DNA from: a virus
DNA length: 64,000 nt
Strand: one strand, 5' to 3'
IMG/VR virus record: IMGVR_UViG_3300009499_000008
Span: 1-64,000 of that record
The position numbers were made by a program, and so were the translations under genes. Positions 1 to 9,745 of the stretch are shown here, one piece after another. Numbering within the stretch: the stretch's first letter is position 1; every line of letters starts with the position of its first letter. Under the pieces are notes generated by a model that saw only the letters and a list, made by a program, of their open reading frames with translations, ran no database searches and was not told the origin of the DNA.

Positions 1-1152
1 CCATAGACCCGACTCAACTAAACAAACACCTTCTGGCATTTGAAAATCACAATTTCCTAGTTTGATAGGAACGTGCCAAAAACGGAGTTCTCCATAATCT
101 TTTTCGGCTAAAGGCTGATTATCAGCCAACGCTTTAATAGATACGATTTCTTCCTCACCATCCAAAAAAGCAGTCGAGGAGATCGCCACCCATCTGAATC
201 GACCGTCTTCCTGTTGCTTTGTGACAAAGAGTGGCGCTGATTCTGGAGGAAACACTTTCTCCCAAAGCTGCTTCACTTTATCGACTAACCCATCTTTCTC
301 TTCCATAGGGGTAGATTCCTTTTCAACATATTCTACTTCAACCTTCTTCCAAGCGTCTTTTTCAGCGAATTCATAGCCGTCGTCGCCTTCGGTGTACGAG
401 ACTTTATAAAGCTCATAATCGGCATAATCTTCTACGATTAGATAATCCTTGAATACTCCTTCAGTCACCCAATACGACGTACTATAGTATGTACCGCTTC
501 CAAATTTATTATAGAAGGCTTTCCTGACTCGCCTAGATTGAGTCGTTAAACTGACATCCTTGAGTTCAAGCCACTCTTCCTTCTCAGCTATAGAGAATTC
601 ACCTTCTTCGGTGATAGAATAAGGTGCTCTGTATTGCATTCCTTCAGCATCTTCAATGACTAGATGATCCGCTGTAGCTTTTTCTACTGTGATTACATGA
701 TCCTCAAGTTCCTTTTTGCCGCCGTGTGCCGCTAAGAGCTTACGTGCTCTGGCTTGGATTCTACTGACTAACGTAGCACTTAAAGCCTTTCCACTCTTGT
801 CTTTCGTCTGTGGAGCACGAGCGATGGCATTGCGTAGATGCGGTAGATCTACTTTTCCATTGGCATCCTTGTAAGGAAGATGCCTCAGACTTCGTGGTGT
901 CGTTTTTCCCTCTGAATCTTTCTTTCCTTTTTCGACATAAAGAAAAGCAGAATCAGGTAACTTGTTTATAGTTGCAGTAGACCATACTGCTTTATTTTCC
1001 ATATCTTTCTTTCCCTCCTCTACATATAGCTTGGCCATGAACTTCTTGGCCATTGCTTCTGTTTTTGAGCAGCCCTTCTTTGCTCCAGTGACTTTATTAA
1101 AGACACACCAGGGTTTGCTCTTTGGTCCAGTCTTTCTCATTTCATATGGCAT
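1..1152 (-). CDS. Multi-domain prohead protease/scaffold protein (runs off the left edge; missing from the ORF track)
   Basis: Manual translation from ATG 1152 is open to position 1: MPYEMRKTGPKSKPWCVFNK...INKLPDSAFLYVE...RHLPYKDANGKVDLPHLRNAIAR...GRFRWVAISSTAFLDGEEEIVS...ELRFWHVP. Lies downstream of portal, where head maturation proteases usually sit. Confidence 0.7.
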   Translation of the reverse strand, partial: MPYEMRKTGPKSKPWCVFNKVTGAKKGCSKTEAMAKKFMAKLYVEEGKKDMENKAVWSTATINKLPDSAFLYVEKGKKDSEGKTTPRSLRHLPYKDANGKVDLPHLRNAIARAPQTKDKSGKALSATLVSRIQARARKLLAAHGGKKELEDHVITVEKATADHLVIEDAEGMQYRAPYSITEEGEFSIAEKEEWLELKDVSLTTQSRRVRKAFYNKFGSGTYYSTSYWVTEGVFKDYLIVEDYADYELYKVSYTEGDDGYEFAEKDAWKKVEVEYVEKESTPMEEKDGLVDKVKQLWEKVFPPESAPLFVTKQQEDGRFRWVAISSTAFLDGEEEIVSIKALADNQPLAEKDYGELRFWHVPIKLGNCDFQMPEGVCLVESGLW

Positions 1153-1169
1153 CTTTAATCACCTTTCAA

Positions 1170-1748
1170 TTAGCACCCGTGCCCTGGTCTGAAACAGGCC
1201 GACTTTGGGGGCTTCGCAGGGCGACCTGCTCTTTTCATTTTTTGCAAATTTCGTTGCATCATTCCCCCAAAAGCTTTCAACATTTCTCTCTCAAATTTAT
1301 CACGAATAATTCCAGTAAAATCTCTAGCCGTGATTCCTGGATGAATCACCGAACGCGCTGTAACCCAAGCCCCCCGTCTTATTTGACCAGAATATAGACT
1401 TCCAGGGCGGGTTCTAGTTCCCACAAGTGCTGAAGTGGGTTGAAAGTGTAACAAACCATCTTTGGATCTCCGAGCAACGATCTCATGTTCCTCAGTCCCT
1501 TGATCCACCCATCCCCAGATTACATTATCGGTTCCTACTGATACAACCCAATCTTTGCCTCGCTTAGTAGGTCCGTCTATCGTGAATTCGACTTGCTCTT
1601 CCCAATTCTCAGTAGTCAGCTCAAAGTCTGCTAAAGCCTGTTTTGCCAAACTTTTGAGGGTCTTCTTCATCGATTTAGCAAATATAGTAGTATCGAATTG
1701 TTTAGGAACTATGGCCTCAAAACCAATAATTAAGCCTTGAGGCGACAT
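1170..1748 (-). CDS. Phage morphogenesis protein, HK97 gp10-like
   Basis: WVDQGT..H.I and VIHPGITAR.F motifs; located between portal and protease. Confidence 0.55.
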   Translation of the reverse strand: MSPQGLIIGFEAIVPKQFDTTIFAKSMKKTLKSLAKQALADFELTTENWEEQVEFTIDGPTKRGKDWVVSVGTDNVIWGWVDQGTEEHEIVARRSKDGLLHFQPTSALVGTRTRPGSLYSGQIRRGAWVTARSVIHPGITARDFTGIIRDKFEREMLKAFGGMMQRNLQKMKRAGRPAKPPKSACFRPGHGC

Positions 1749-3064
1749 AATACACTTTCCACTTTATTATATGAGCTTTTAATTTCTTGCAAACTCTTGA
1801 CGAGCATGTCCACACGGTCTTCGGCTTCTTCGCCCCCTGGCAGGAAATTCTCTGGAGCATCGCCTTCTTGGATTGCTATTCTCAATGCCTGCTCTCCAGT
1901 AATCTCCCCAGATTTTACCATCTCACCGCGTCTTCGAGCACGCCAGACGCCTAATTCCACGCGCTCACGCTCTGCAGTCGGATCGGTGCTAGCGAATTGA
2001 AATTTCACAGTACTTGGTAGAACGTACCAATTGAAGCCAAACTCAAATTGTTGTAATATAAGTCCAGGACCCTTGCCACGAGAACGTGAGGACATCTCAG
2101 TGGTTTGTTGAGCCGAACCTAAATTGCCTCCAGGCATCGGGAAAAATTCAATATAGTCAGTCCCCATTCCTAGAGCTAAGACGCCTATGTACCATTTCAT
2201 CATCTCATCATAACTGAAACCGTCTGGCAACCCTGCTAATTCAATCAAGTCTGCTCGTAATGGCCTTTGAGAATCGTGAGAGGAAATAACGATGGGAGAT
2301 ATGTAAAGACTCCTTCCAGCAGACCTGGCCTCTTCCCTAGCTTTTTCTATTGCGTCAGCTACAGCATTTCTCCGCATTCCTTGAACGAAGAGCAATGCAG
2401 GAATACGTTGACCGCTTAATTTTTGTGCTTGGTAGGTCTGGATTGCCCTCAGCAATTTTGCAAATTCTAATACGCGGCTGACGGCGCAGTAACCTCTTCC
2501 TTTGTCCTCTTCTCTTGGACTTGGTTGATCCGTGAGAGCTAAAACCTGATACCATTTCAACCTGTGCCATTCACTGTCTTTCTTTGAGCGGTAAAGGTAA
2601 GGAGTCACAGGGTTTCCAGTTCTCTGGATTCTTTGCGCGTCTAAATGAGCTATTCCTCGCACAGGGGAAGTTGGAGATGCGCCTTTAGGTCGCAGAAGTT
2701 CGACGAAAGCTCCATTATCCTGTGTTAGGATGTCTTGAACGACTTTCTGAATAAACGATACCCAGCCAGCACCAAATTCTGCTGCTTGAAAAAGGTTTGC
2801 ATACCGTGCGACGGCTTTGGTTTTTCCAGAAAGCCTAAAGTCGAGGGCAGCGACTTTCGAAGCCATAGAATATATCGCGCCTGCCAAGACTGATTCCGTG
2901 CGCCAGAATTTGTCTAAAGCCTTGTCCCTACGCAATCCAGGACGCACAGGGATCTCATCAGCAAGTTGTGCCAAATAAATTATAAGTGGCGACTCTTCTT
3001 CGATTTTTAGATCGGTCCGATCCTGAACCGATAAGCGGGCTTGTTCTTTGGGAGTATCAGGCAT
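1730..3064 (-). CDS. Portal protein
   Basis: 444 aa downstream of TerL; portal-like DILTQDNGAFVELLR and HLDAQRI segments. Confidence 0.8.
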   Translation of the reverse strand: MPDTPKEQARLSVQDRTDLKIEEESPLIIYLAQLADEIPVRPGLRRDKALDKFWRTESVLAGAIYSMASKVAALDFRLSGKTKAVARYANLFQAAEFGAGWVSFIQKVVQDILTQDNGAFVELLRPKGASPTSPVRGIAHLDAQRIQRTGNPVTPYLYRSKKDSEWHRLKWYQVLALTDQPSPREEDKGRGYCAVSRVLEFAKLLRAIQTYQAQKLSGQRIPALLFVQGMRRNAVADAIEKAREEARSAGRSLYISPIVISSHDSQRPLRADLIELAGLPDGFSYDEMMKWYIGVLALGMGTDYIEFFPMPGGNLGSAQQTTEMSSRSRGKGPGLILQQFEFGFNWYVLPSTVKFQFASTDPTAERERVELGVWRARRRGEMVKSGEITGEQALRIAIQEGDAPENFLPGGEEAEDRVDMLVKSLQEIKSSYNKVESVLCRLKA

Positions 3065-3233
3065 AGTCTGTCCACCAGTCTTCTAGGGATTTCACGCGGT
3101 GGGAATTCCGCAGCGCTTCCCTCCATTTTCGGCGAATTCTTTTATTGATTAATTTCTTATCTAAGAAGCGTAACCTTTTCGGTGCGAGTATTTCTGTACT
3201 TCGCCCGATCTCCAATTCTCTATCCTTTCCCAT
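3057..3233 (-). CDS. Small basic hypothetical protein (58 aa, MGKDRELE...WWTDYA)
   Basis: Manually found ORF that exactly fills the gap between the phosphoesterase stop and the portal start. Confidence 0.45.
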   Translation of the reverse strand: MGKDRELEIGRSTEILAPKRLRFLDKKLINKRIRRKWREALRNSHRVKSLEDWWTDYA

Positions 3234-4085
3234 CTACCAAATGCCTTCGACTCTCCCCCATCCTGCTACGTCACTTAAAGCTCTTCCAGCGGCCTCCATG
3301 TTTCTATAATGCAACGCGATATTTTTATTCTCTGACAGAAGCAAATCTCGATTGGCCTCGATTGCCTTGACAGTTAGTGGTGGATGTGCATTCGTATCAA
3401 ATAGATATAGTAGAACCCCTGTTGTTCTAACAGAAAATTCTAGGGAAAGTCGTTCTTGTTTATGCCAGCCACCTGACGTATCTATCTGACAATCGAGGCC
3501 AACCTCTTGGCCGATATTAAGCTTGTGAACGTGCGCTCGTATGAAACGAGATATATGGATCTCATTAATCTGTGCAACTTCGATGAACTTTTTCCAGCAC
3601 GCCCTGATTTCAGCGTATGAATTAGCGTAATACGAACTATATCCAAAGCCGTGACTCACATGAAAAGCAGCTTCCTTATCCCCAAAATATCCTATATACT
3701 CTCGATCTGCATACTTAGAGTTGATTCCCAACAACCGCAAAAAGATTACTAGCTGTCTAGCTAAATTCTCTCTTTTAGAGTTGTCGTGATTACCAAGTAT
3801 TATACGCCATTCTACTTCTTTGTCAAACTTGCTATTCCACCGCTTGATTTCCCATCCTGCCCAATAAATCTGCTCTGGGCCTAACTGAACGACATTCTGT
3901 GCCTCCTGCAACCTAAAAATTCCTCTCCCTGCTACTACATCACCATTAGCTATTACTTTGATCTCATCAGGTTCAAAAGCGTTTACCTGTGTAATAGCTC
4001 TGTCCATACATTCCATCAGAGGCCGATAAAATTGTCCAGCATCACCAAAGTGTGCGTCGCTAAATACTAAAGTAGCTTTTTTCAT
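3234..4085 (-). CDS. Calcineurin-like metallophosphoesterase
   Basis: Five motifs: SDAHFG, NGD, GNHD, SHG, AHVH. Confidence 0.9.
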   Translation of the reverse strand: MKKATLVFSDAHFGDAGQFYRPLMECMDRAITQVNAFEPDEIKVIANGDVVAGRGIFRLQEAQNVVQLGPEQIYWAGWEIKRWNSKFDKEVEWRIILGNHDNSKRENLARQLVIFLRLLGINSKYADREYIGYFGDKEAAFHVSHGFGYSSYYANSYAEIRACWKKFIEVAQINEIHISRFIRAHVHKLNIGQEVGLDCQIDTSGGWHKQERLSLEFSVRTTGVLLYLFDTNAHPPLTVKAIEANRDLLLSENKNIALHYRNMEAAGRALSDVAGWGRVEGIW

Positions 4086-4102
4086 CTTACTCCACTTTTG
4101 TA

Positions 4103-5428
4103 TTAGAAGAATTGGCTTGTGTGTGGCCGTGCGTCGATTAATTCTTTAGTCTTTCGTTCTTTCACTTTTTCCTGATATTTGCCCTCCTCGATGAGATCTA
4201 GAACATTTTTGTACCAAAGTCCATAACGCACGCAGTCAGGAACATCGTCGCCCAGATTTTGCGGTTTATTACTGTTTATATCTCTATTGTAAGACGCCAT
4301 ACTCGTGGGGCTATACGTGCATCGCGGATGAAATCGTAGATGCCGCACTCCTTCACCGCTTAAGATGAAAGGAGCTACGTGTTTGATGCCTTCTTCAATT
4401 TTATGAGTAGCGCCAACTGTGTCAACTTCTTGCTCTTCGAGTCTCCCACGCAACTCAGCAGCGGATGAGTCTATGTAAGCCACCTTAGCTTTTGGCCATC
4501 CTTTATTCAATACAGCGTCTATACTGACCTCAGCTTTTTCATAAACGATCACGTATTCATCGAAAACATTCACATATGGAGGTATCTCTTGTACGAGCAG
4601 AAAAACACGAGGATGTTTTCTTGTGTAGCCATCGTCGATCCACCACTCCACAGGTACTCCAGATATGTAATCGGCCTCTTCAATGACGTTGAGTTTCTCG
4701 GAAAAGTCCTCCCAGACTAAGCCTTCTAAGCTAACAAAGAGGCCACCGACTTCTTGCTCGCGGAATTTTCCTCGATACGTCGTTAAGAGACTTGCGTAAT
4801 AGAGCGGATCATTGTGTATGTTCTCCGAGGTATCACAATGGAAACGCTCTACCAACTTTCCACCGTAAATATGTGCCTGCTTCTTGAACGCATCCAAGAA
4901 AACACGATCAAAGTCTTGTTTGACGAAGACATCATACAACCAGTGATTTACACCCGAAGGAGTGGTGGTGACCCACCCCTGTGGTCTGAAGCCCGTGCGA
5001 ATACGCCCACATAAGACGTCGAATGCGTCTCTATTATTACGCATAGCGCCTTCATCGAACCAGAACCAGTTCACAGTGGGGCCGCGCCAAGATTTTGGCT
5101 CATCGATACCGCCGTAGAGCACCCGAACTTCCTTCCCATTAATATCCAGTAATAGCTCTTTTCTTTGAGTATATGGGTGTTCGAGATGAGAGTTCTTTAC
5201 TCTAGACCATGGAAGCCACTTCGAAAATTCGGGCCACGTTGATCTAACAAAGTGAGGAAAATTAGGTGCTACGATGATGCCACTTTCCCCCTGTGACACC
5301 TTTTGGATGGCTTTCACAGCACCAATAGCCGTCTTACCAGCACCAAGGCCAGCTCCAAATAAGCCGAGTCTCGCATTACAACGCAAAAAAGCGGCTTGTG
5401 TTTCGCTGGCTACGAATTTAACGGGCAT
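4103..5428 (-). CDS. terL: Terminase large subunit
   Basis: Walker A GLGAGKT, Walker B WFWFDEG, TTTP motif, C-terminal nuclease ending DDVPDCVRY. Confidence 0.92.
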   Translation of the reverse strand: MPVKFVASETQAAFLRCNARLGLFGAGLGAGKTAIGAVKAIQKVSQGESGIIVAPNFPHFVRSTWPEFSKWLPWSRVKNSHLEHPYTQRKELLLDINGKEVRVLYGGIDEPKSWRGPTVNWFWFDEGAMRNNRDAFDVLCGRIRTGFRPQGWVTTTPSGVNHWLYDVFVKQDFDRVFLDAFKKQAHIYGGKLVERFHCDTSENIHNDPLYYASLLTTYRGKFREQEVGGLFVSLEGLVWEDFSEKLNVIEEADYISGVPVEWWIDDGYTRKHPRVFLLVQEIPPYVNVFDEYVIVYEKAEVSIDAVLNKGWPKAKVAYIDSSAAELRGRLEEQEVDTVGATHKIEEGIKHVAPFILSGEGVRHLRFHPRCTYSPTSMASYNRDINSNKPQNLGDDVPDCVRYGLWYKNVLDLIEEGKYQEKVKERKTKELIDARPHTSQFF

Positions 5429-5889
5429 TAAGTTGTTACGATTACCAAATCGTCCTCTTTTTCGATCTCTTTAGATGCCAACACTTTTCCCTCAATAGCG
5501 GGGGCTTCTTGCATCTTTGGAAGAGGCCCCTTTTCAGCGGGCAAAAATACTACTAAACGATCATCGTCGTAGTGGCGAACGCTGATAGCCAGTTCCCTAT
5601 TTTCAAGTCCTAGAACGCTAAGGCAGAATTTTGCGGCTTGCACAGAGCCGTTTTCCGCCTGCTTGACCATCGATTCATATATGGCATGGAGATGTTTTCC
5701 GATGTAAACGCTGGCAATATCAGATACGGCTTCCCAAAATCCCGGCGTCAACGTCCAGCCCTTAAGTGTCATAATGTTGATGCCAAGTGTCTCCGCAATC
5801 TCTGCATCAGTCTGACAACCTTCTGGTCGTGTCGCTTCTGGAACTGTAAGTAACTCTTGAAATCGGCGCTGTCTGTGCGTCCATCGCAT
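5428..5889 (-). CDS. terS: Terminase small subunit (N-terminal HTH)
   Basis: HTH TDAEIAETLGINIMTLKGW, AENGSVQAAKF motif, immediately upstream of TerL. Confidence 0.75.
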   Translation of the reverse strand: MRWTHRQRRFQELLTVPEATRPEGCQTDAEIAETLGINIMTLKGWTLTPGFWEAVSDIASVYIGKHLHAIYESMVKQAENGSVQAAKFCLSVLGLENRELAISVRHYDDDRLVVFLPAEKGPLPKMQEAPAIEGKVLASKEIEKEDDLVIVTT

Positions 5890-6680
5890 CAGATTTCTTG
5901 CTCCTCTGCCCGCTTTCTGCGCCAGTATGCGATTTTAGCGATGCTCATTTTTCGTTTACTTTCCTCACTGTGACGCTTACCCATCTGTGTGGCACTTATT
6001 TTCCTACGAGTCCTTTCACTGACTTGATGCCCAATTTTTGCCTCACTCATCTTCCTACGTGTCTCCACGCTGGGGTGCTTGCCTCTCAACGCATTACTAA
6101 TTTTCTGTTTGGTTTCCTCACTGAGGCGTTTTCCATAATTAGGATGTCGTTTGCCAGACTTTGCCGCACGCAATTTAGCACGTGTCTCTACACTGAGATG
6201 CTCACGCTTATGTGCATTACTCATCTTCCTACGTGTCTCTGTGTTAGGATGCTTACCATAGTTGGGATGACGCTTGCCAGTTAGCGCGGTACTCATTTTA
6301 GCACGTGTCTCCGCACTATGGTGTTTACCATAAAAATGATTCCGCTCACCAATTTGCTTTCTACGAGTCTCTTCAGTATGTTGAACTCCAAGTGAACTTC
6401 CCGCCATTGGCGCGATATTATATTCAGGATTCAACGTATCGAGATAATATTGTTCATGCGGAATAAGTTGTTTGCTATCTTTAATCTGTTCCAAGATACT
6501 AAACGTAAACACCAATTCGCCGTACTTGTTGAAAGCTCTCTGAAGATGCTTATTGCGATGTTGCTCGCAGCGCAACGTACTTAGATGCACTGCCCATCTT
6601 TGTCGAAGGTTCACAGCGCTGCCAATATATCGCTTGCCGTTTATTTGATTTTCGATCTGGTAGATGCCACTAACCATCAC
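5889..6680 (-). CDS. Free-standing GIY-YIG homing endonuclease with about 8 NUMOD3-type repeats
   Basis: GIYQIEN...YIGSA...R, EQYYLD...YN; repeated H-S-x-E-T-R-x-K-M-S units. Confidence 0.95.
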   Translation of the reverse strand: MMVSGIYQIENQINGKRYIGSAVNLRQRWAVHLSTLRCEQHRNKHLQRAFNKYGELVFTFSILEQIKDSKQLIPHEQYYLDTLNPEYNIAPMAGSSLGVQHTEETRRKQIGERNHFYGKHHSAETRAKMSTALTGKRHPNYGKHPNTETRRKMSNAHKREHLSVETRAKLRAAKSGKRHPNYGKRLSEETKQKISNALRGKHPSVETRRKMSEAKIGHQVSERTRRKISATQMGKRHSEESKRKMSIAKIAYWRRKRAEEQEI

Positions 6681-6703
6681 TGCTCCAATCTCTAATGCAA
6701 TCT

Positions 6704-6732
6704 ATTATACCATAAAAATTACGATATGTCAA
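6704..6732 (-). promoter_or_regulatory. Consensus sigma70-type promoter for the endonuclease-terminase operon
   Basis: Minus strand reads TTGACA-17 nt-TATAAT with a TG extended -10. Confidence 0.85.
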
Positions 6733-6767
6733 CAAACAAAAACACAGGGGTTATTCCTGTGCTTTTG
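6733..6767 (-). terminator. Intrinsic terminator of the upstream leftward operon
   Basis: CACAGG-loop-CCTGTG hairpin followed by TTTTTGTTTGTT on the minus strand. Confidence 0.6.
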
Positions 6768-7988
6768 TCGAGTATTTTGGCCTATAAGCAGGCTTTTATG
6801 AATCGGCCTCACTCAATCCCGTGTTCGTGAGGCCAAACCCAGTCGTTAAGACCTTGTTTTTCCAGTCTGCTACCCAGCAATCCCTACCGTAGCGCCCTCC
6901 ACCCATCAACTGACCAAGGCTCGCGGGCCTGGGCTAACATGACTATTTATTTGGCCATGTTAAAGCGCGTCCCATATAATGTTGAACCTCGATGAATGTA
7001 AGACGTAATGCTTGCTCACTGTCATAACACGTCTTTCTAAGATAAGCGTTGTAAATGGAAAGCACTAACAACGTCTTTTCGTAGGTGCAAGTCTCTTCCA
7101 CACATTCTTTCTTGTTGTTCATTTTTCCTCCTTTTGCTGGCGCATCCGCAATCTGGTCAGCCCAACTCATGTCATACAATTGTTGTCTCTCGTTGAAATC
7201 GAGGAAGGATAGGCGGGCCAAAAAGTCCTTCCTTTGCTCTGACGAAGCCTGGTGCAACAGCCCAAAAACCTCTGTGATCTGTTCATCTGAAAGATTCATC
7301 GTTTCCTCCTTTTTGGGCCTGCGCATGATATAGACATAGCTCGGCTCCGGCCCACATCGATCTGGTCTAGTCCAGAAAGGAATCTTCATCCATTCGCACC
7401 ATTCTTCGGCAACAAGCTCATCCCAATATAATCCATGTCTTGGCTGATCTACCAGTGCCACGTACTCATAATCCATTGCTCTCCTCCTTTATTGTCCAGT
7501 TGGATCCATGCGTCACAGTCGCCTTAGTGGCCAGCGGATAGAGATGCGTGGCAACAGCCCTAAAAGTATCTCGCATGGACAGGATGCCATCCCGTGCGCC
7601 TGTAACCACTATGTTTATCGCTTCCTGTAACTCTGCGTTCCGCTTCTCCAGACGGCCACAAAGGTCAGCTTGCATAGCGCGCTCATTGAGCACAGGCACG
7701 CGGCAGTCCATGACCAGGGCAGCAATCCTCTCTATCTCCTTCTCCGTCCACATGCGCGGCTCGTCCTTGGGCCTTCGCTGTACAACTAGGTGAACATGAC
7801 CATTGTGCCACACCATCGCTAATGGGCAATCTTGAAAGCCATACTTTGGGGACTCAGGAGATAGTATTTCTACTTTTGAAACGTCATAGTTCTTCCAAGT
7901 ACTAGATAACTTCAATACAGAATCTACCGTATCCCCTGGATCTGCCTCATAGAATGCCACGCCTCCTACTAAGTGCATGTTCCCTCCT

Positions 7989-8171
7989 TTATGAATCGAA
8001 TACGCTGCAAATCTCTTCTACATTTTCCGCCAAAAAATCTAGCAAGCGACTTAAACTTGGTTTCCCCACTTTTTGGCTTCTTTGAGAAAGCAAGTGCAAT
8101 CTTCTGGCTAGTTCCTCTAATTTACTCGGTGTGTCTTCGTTTACTCTTAATGTGATTGATCGTCGTTTCAT
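7989..8171 (-). CDS. Ribbon-helix-helix-like DNA-binding protein
   Basis: SITLRV strand then helix KLEELARRL and helix SLSRLLDFLA. Confidence 0.55.
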   Translation of the reverse strand: MKRRSITLRVNEDTPSKLEELARRLHLLSQRSQKVGKPSLSRLLDFLAENVEEICSVFDS

Positions 8172-8466
8172 AAATCTTTTATCTCCTTATAAGCATTACC
8201 CCACTCTGCGCGGTAGCCTCCTATCACAGACTCAGAGATGCCGTGAATACTCAGCATTCGTCGTACCTTAGCCCAAGGTAAATTGCTGGACCAGGGAATC
8301 AGCAACTCAGGGTTCTTTCTATAATAATTGAATTCAGCGTCGTAAACCTCCTCATAAGTTGCACCATGTCGCTTGTGACCTGCAAAATACTTGGCAATAT
8401 CCTGTGTTAGGACTTTTACAGGGATCGAAAATTGTTTGTAGTCTGCGAAGGTTATGACTAGGTGGT

Positions 8467-8913
8467 TCATTGATTTTCCTGCTTAATTCTTCTAGCTAAC
8501 GCAGCTATGAAGCCTGGTGGCATAGGTTTTACTTTTCTCCGTTTTGCACGACGGATCAGCTTAATTTGCTTTTCTGGAGTTATTTCTAGAATTCCACAGT
8601 CGTCCCTTGGTAAATCTCCCTTTTTGTAGATGCCATGAGCTAGGACGAAGAAAAACCTATCACTGAGGGACATCGCTGCTGCCTTTTTTCTAGGATTTTT
8701 GAGTTCTTTGAGCCAGTCTGCACGACTTACTTTTATTTCATAAGCGATGCGTTCGTAGTTATTCAAGGACTGGATCAAAGCCATAGCAAATACGTCAATA
8801 ATACGTCGTGAACGGTAAATACTTGTTGTCGTCTGAAGTTCAGTGACGCAGATCCATCGCCAGAGATTACTATGACGTTTTTGTAAGATCGCTTTGATTT
8901 CGTCGGCGGTCAT
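8467..8913 (-). CDS. MmcB-like PD-(D/E)xK nuclease
   Basis: IDVFAM...AYEIKVSRADWLKEL...RFFFV...CGIL pattern. Confidence 0.8.
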   Translation of the reverse strand: MTADEIKAILQKRHSNLWRWICVTELQTTTSIYRSRRIIDVFAMALIQSLNNYERIAYEIKVSRADWLKELKNPRKKAAAMSLSDRFFFVLAHGIYKKGDLPRDDCGILEITPEKQIKLIRRAKRRKVKPMPPGFIAALARRIKQENQ

Positions 8914-9500
8914 TTGGGTTTTTCAGGAATCAGCGAATCAAGAAGAGTCTCGAATTCTTTCGGTGTCATAGGAGCTGGTTCGTTGTCATACGCCTTAGCC
9001 CACCGTGCAATTTGGAGCAGATAATTAGCCCGCTTACGAGCATTGCTCAGAGAATCATAAACTTCGATGCTGTGAGCAGCCCTTTCTTCTGGTATTCCTC
9101 TTTCAGAGAAGTCCAATCGACTAACTTGGCTCTGTCTATCCTCGGTCATTTGGTTTCTATCAATAATTTTATTGTGTTCTCTGGTAAGTGATCGAGGATG
9201 ATGGTGTAGCTTGGTGAATCGGTAACAGCAACACGGAAGGGCATTAGACGGGACAGATGCGTATCAACTAAACCAAGAGGTAATCCGCCTTTTACATTCA
9301 AGAGTTTGTTGTTCAAGAATTCATCGATGTCCTTAGTGGGTATTTCATACTTTCGTAAAAGACAATGAAGCGTCAAATAATCGCGTTCTTTTTCAGTAAG
9401 TATTCTGTAACCTGTGATTTTGATGTTCATTGTCTTCCTTCCTTATTATGATTTTGACCTTGAAATGATAATATACACAGGATAATTATCAGTAATGAGA

Positions 9501-9529
9501 ATTGTAGCACAAAGACGTGCTTTTGTCAA
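9501..9529 (-). promoter_or_regulatory. Sigma70-type promoter (copy 1 of a 27-bp repeat)
   Basis: TTGACA-aaagcacgtctttgtgc-TACAAT on the minus strand. Confidence 0.85.
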
Positions 9530-9675
9530 ATCCACAAATCTGCTGGTGGCGTGCCGTCGCCGAATTTCTGCTCTATCTTGTATTCTAACCAGGCGAGCGC
9601 ATACCCAAATAAATATCCTAATACTGTACCGATCAGACAACCAATTAGACAATCAGAAAGTTCTTGGGTCATCAT
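9526..9675 (-). CDS. 49-aa single-pass membrane protein (missing from the ORF track)
   Basis: AGAGGGAG RBS, then MMTQELSDCLIGCLIGTVLGYLFGYALAWLEYKIEQKFGDGTPPADLWI*; lies directly behind the 9717-9745 promoter. Confidence 0.65.
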   Translation of the reverse strand: MMTQELSDCLIGCLIGTVLGYLFGYALAWLEYKIEQKFGDGTPPADLWI

Positions 9676-9716
9676 TACTCCCTCTATTCAGCTTATCTTT
9701 CAACGGATTCACCGAT

Positions 9717-9745
9717 ACTATAGCACAAAGACGTGCTTTTGTCAA
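9717..9745 (-). promoter_or_regulatory. Sigma70-type promoter (copy 2 of the 27-bp repeat)
   Basis: TTGACA-aaagcacgtctttgtgc-TATAGT; 9721-9747 is identical to 9505-9531. Confidence 0.85.

Larger units (their letters stand above)
6943..9430 (-). other. Leftward operon of small hypothetical genes (6943-7476, 7466-7978, 8168-8470, 8910-9149, 9146-9430, plus the two listed separately)
   Basis: Contiguous ORFs with ATGA overlaps and GGAG-type RBSs. Confidence 0.75.
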
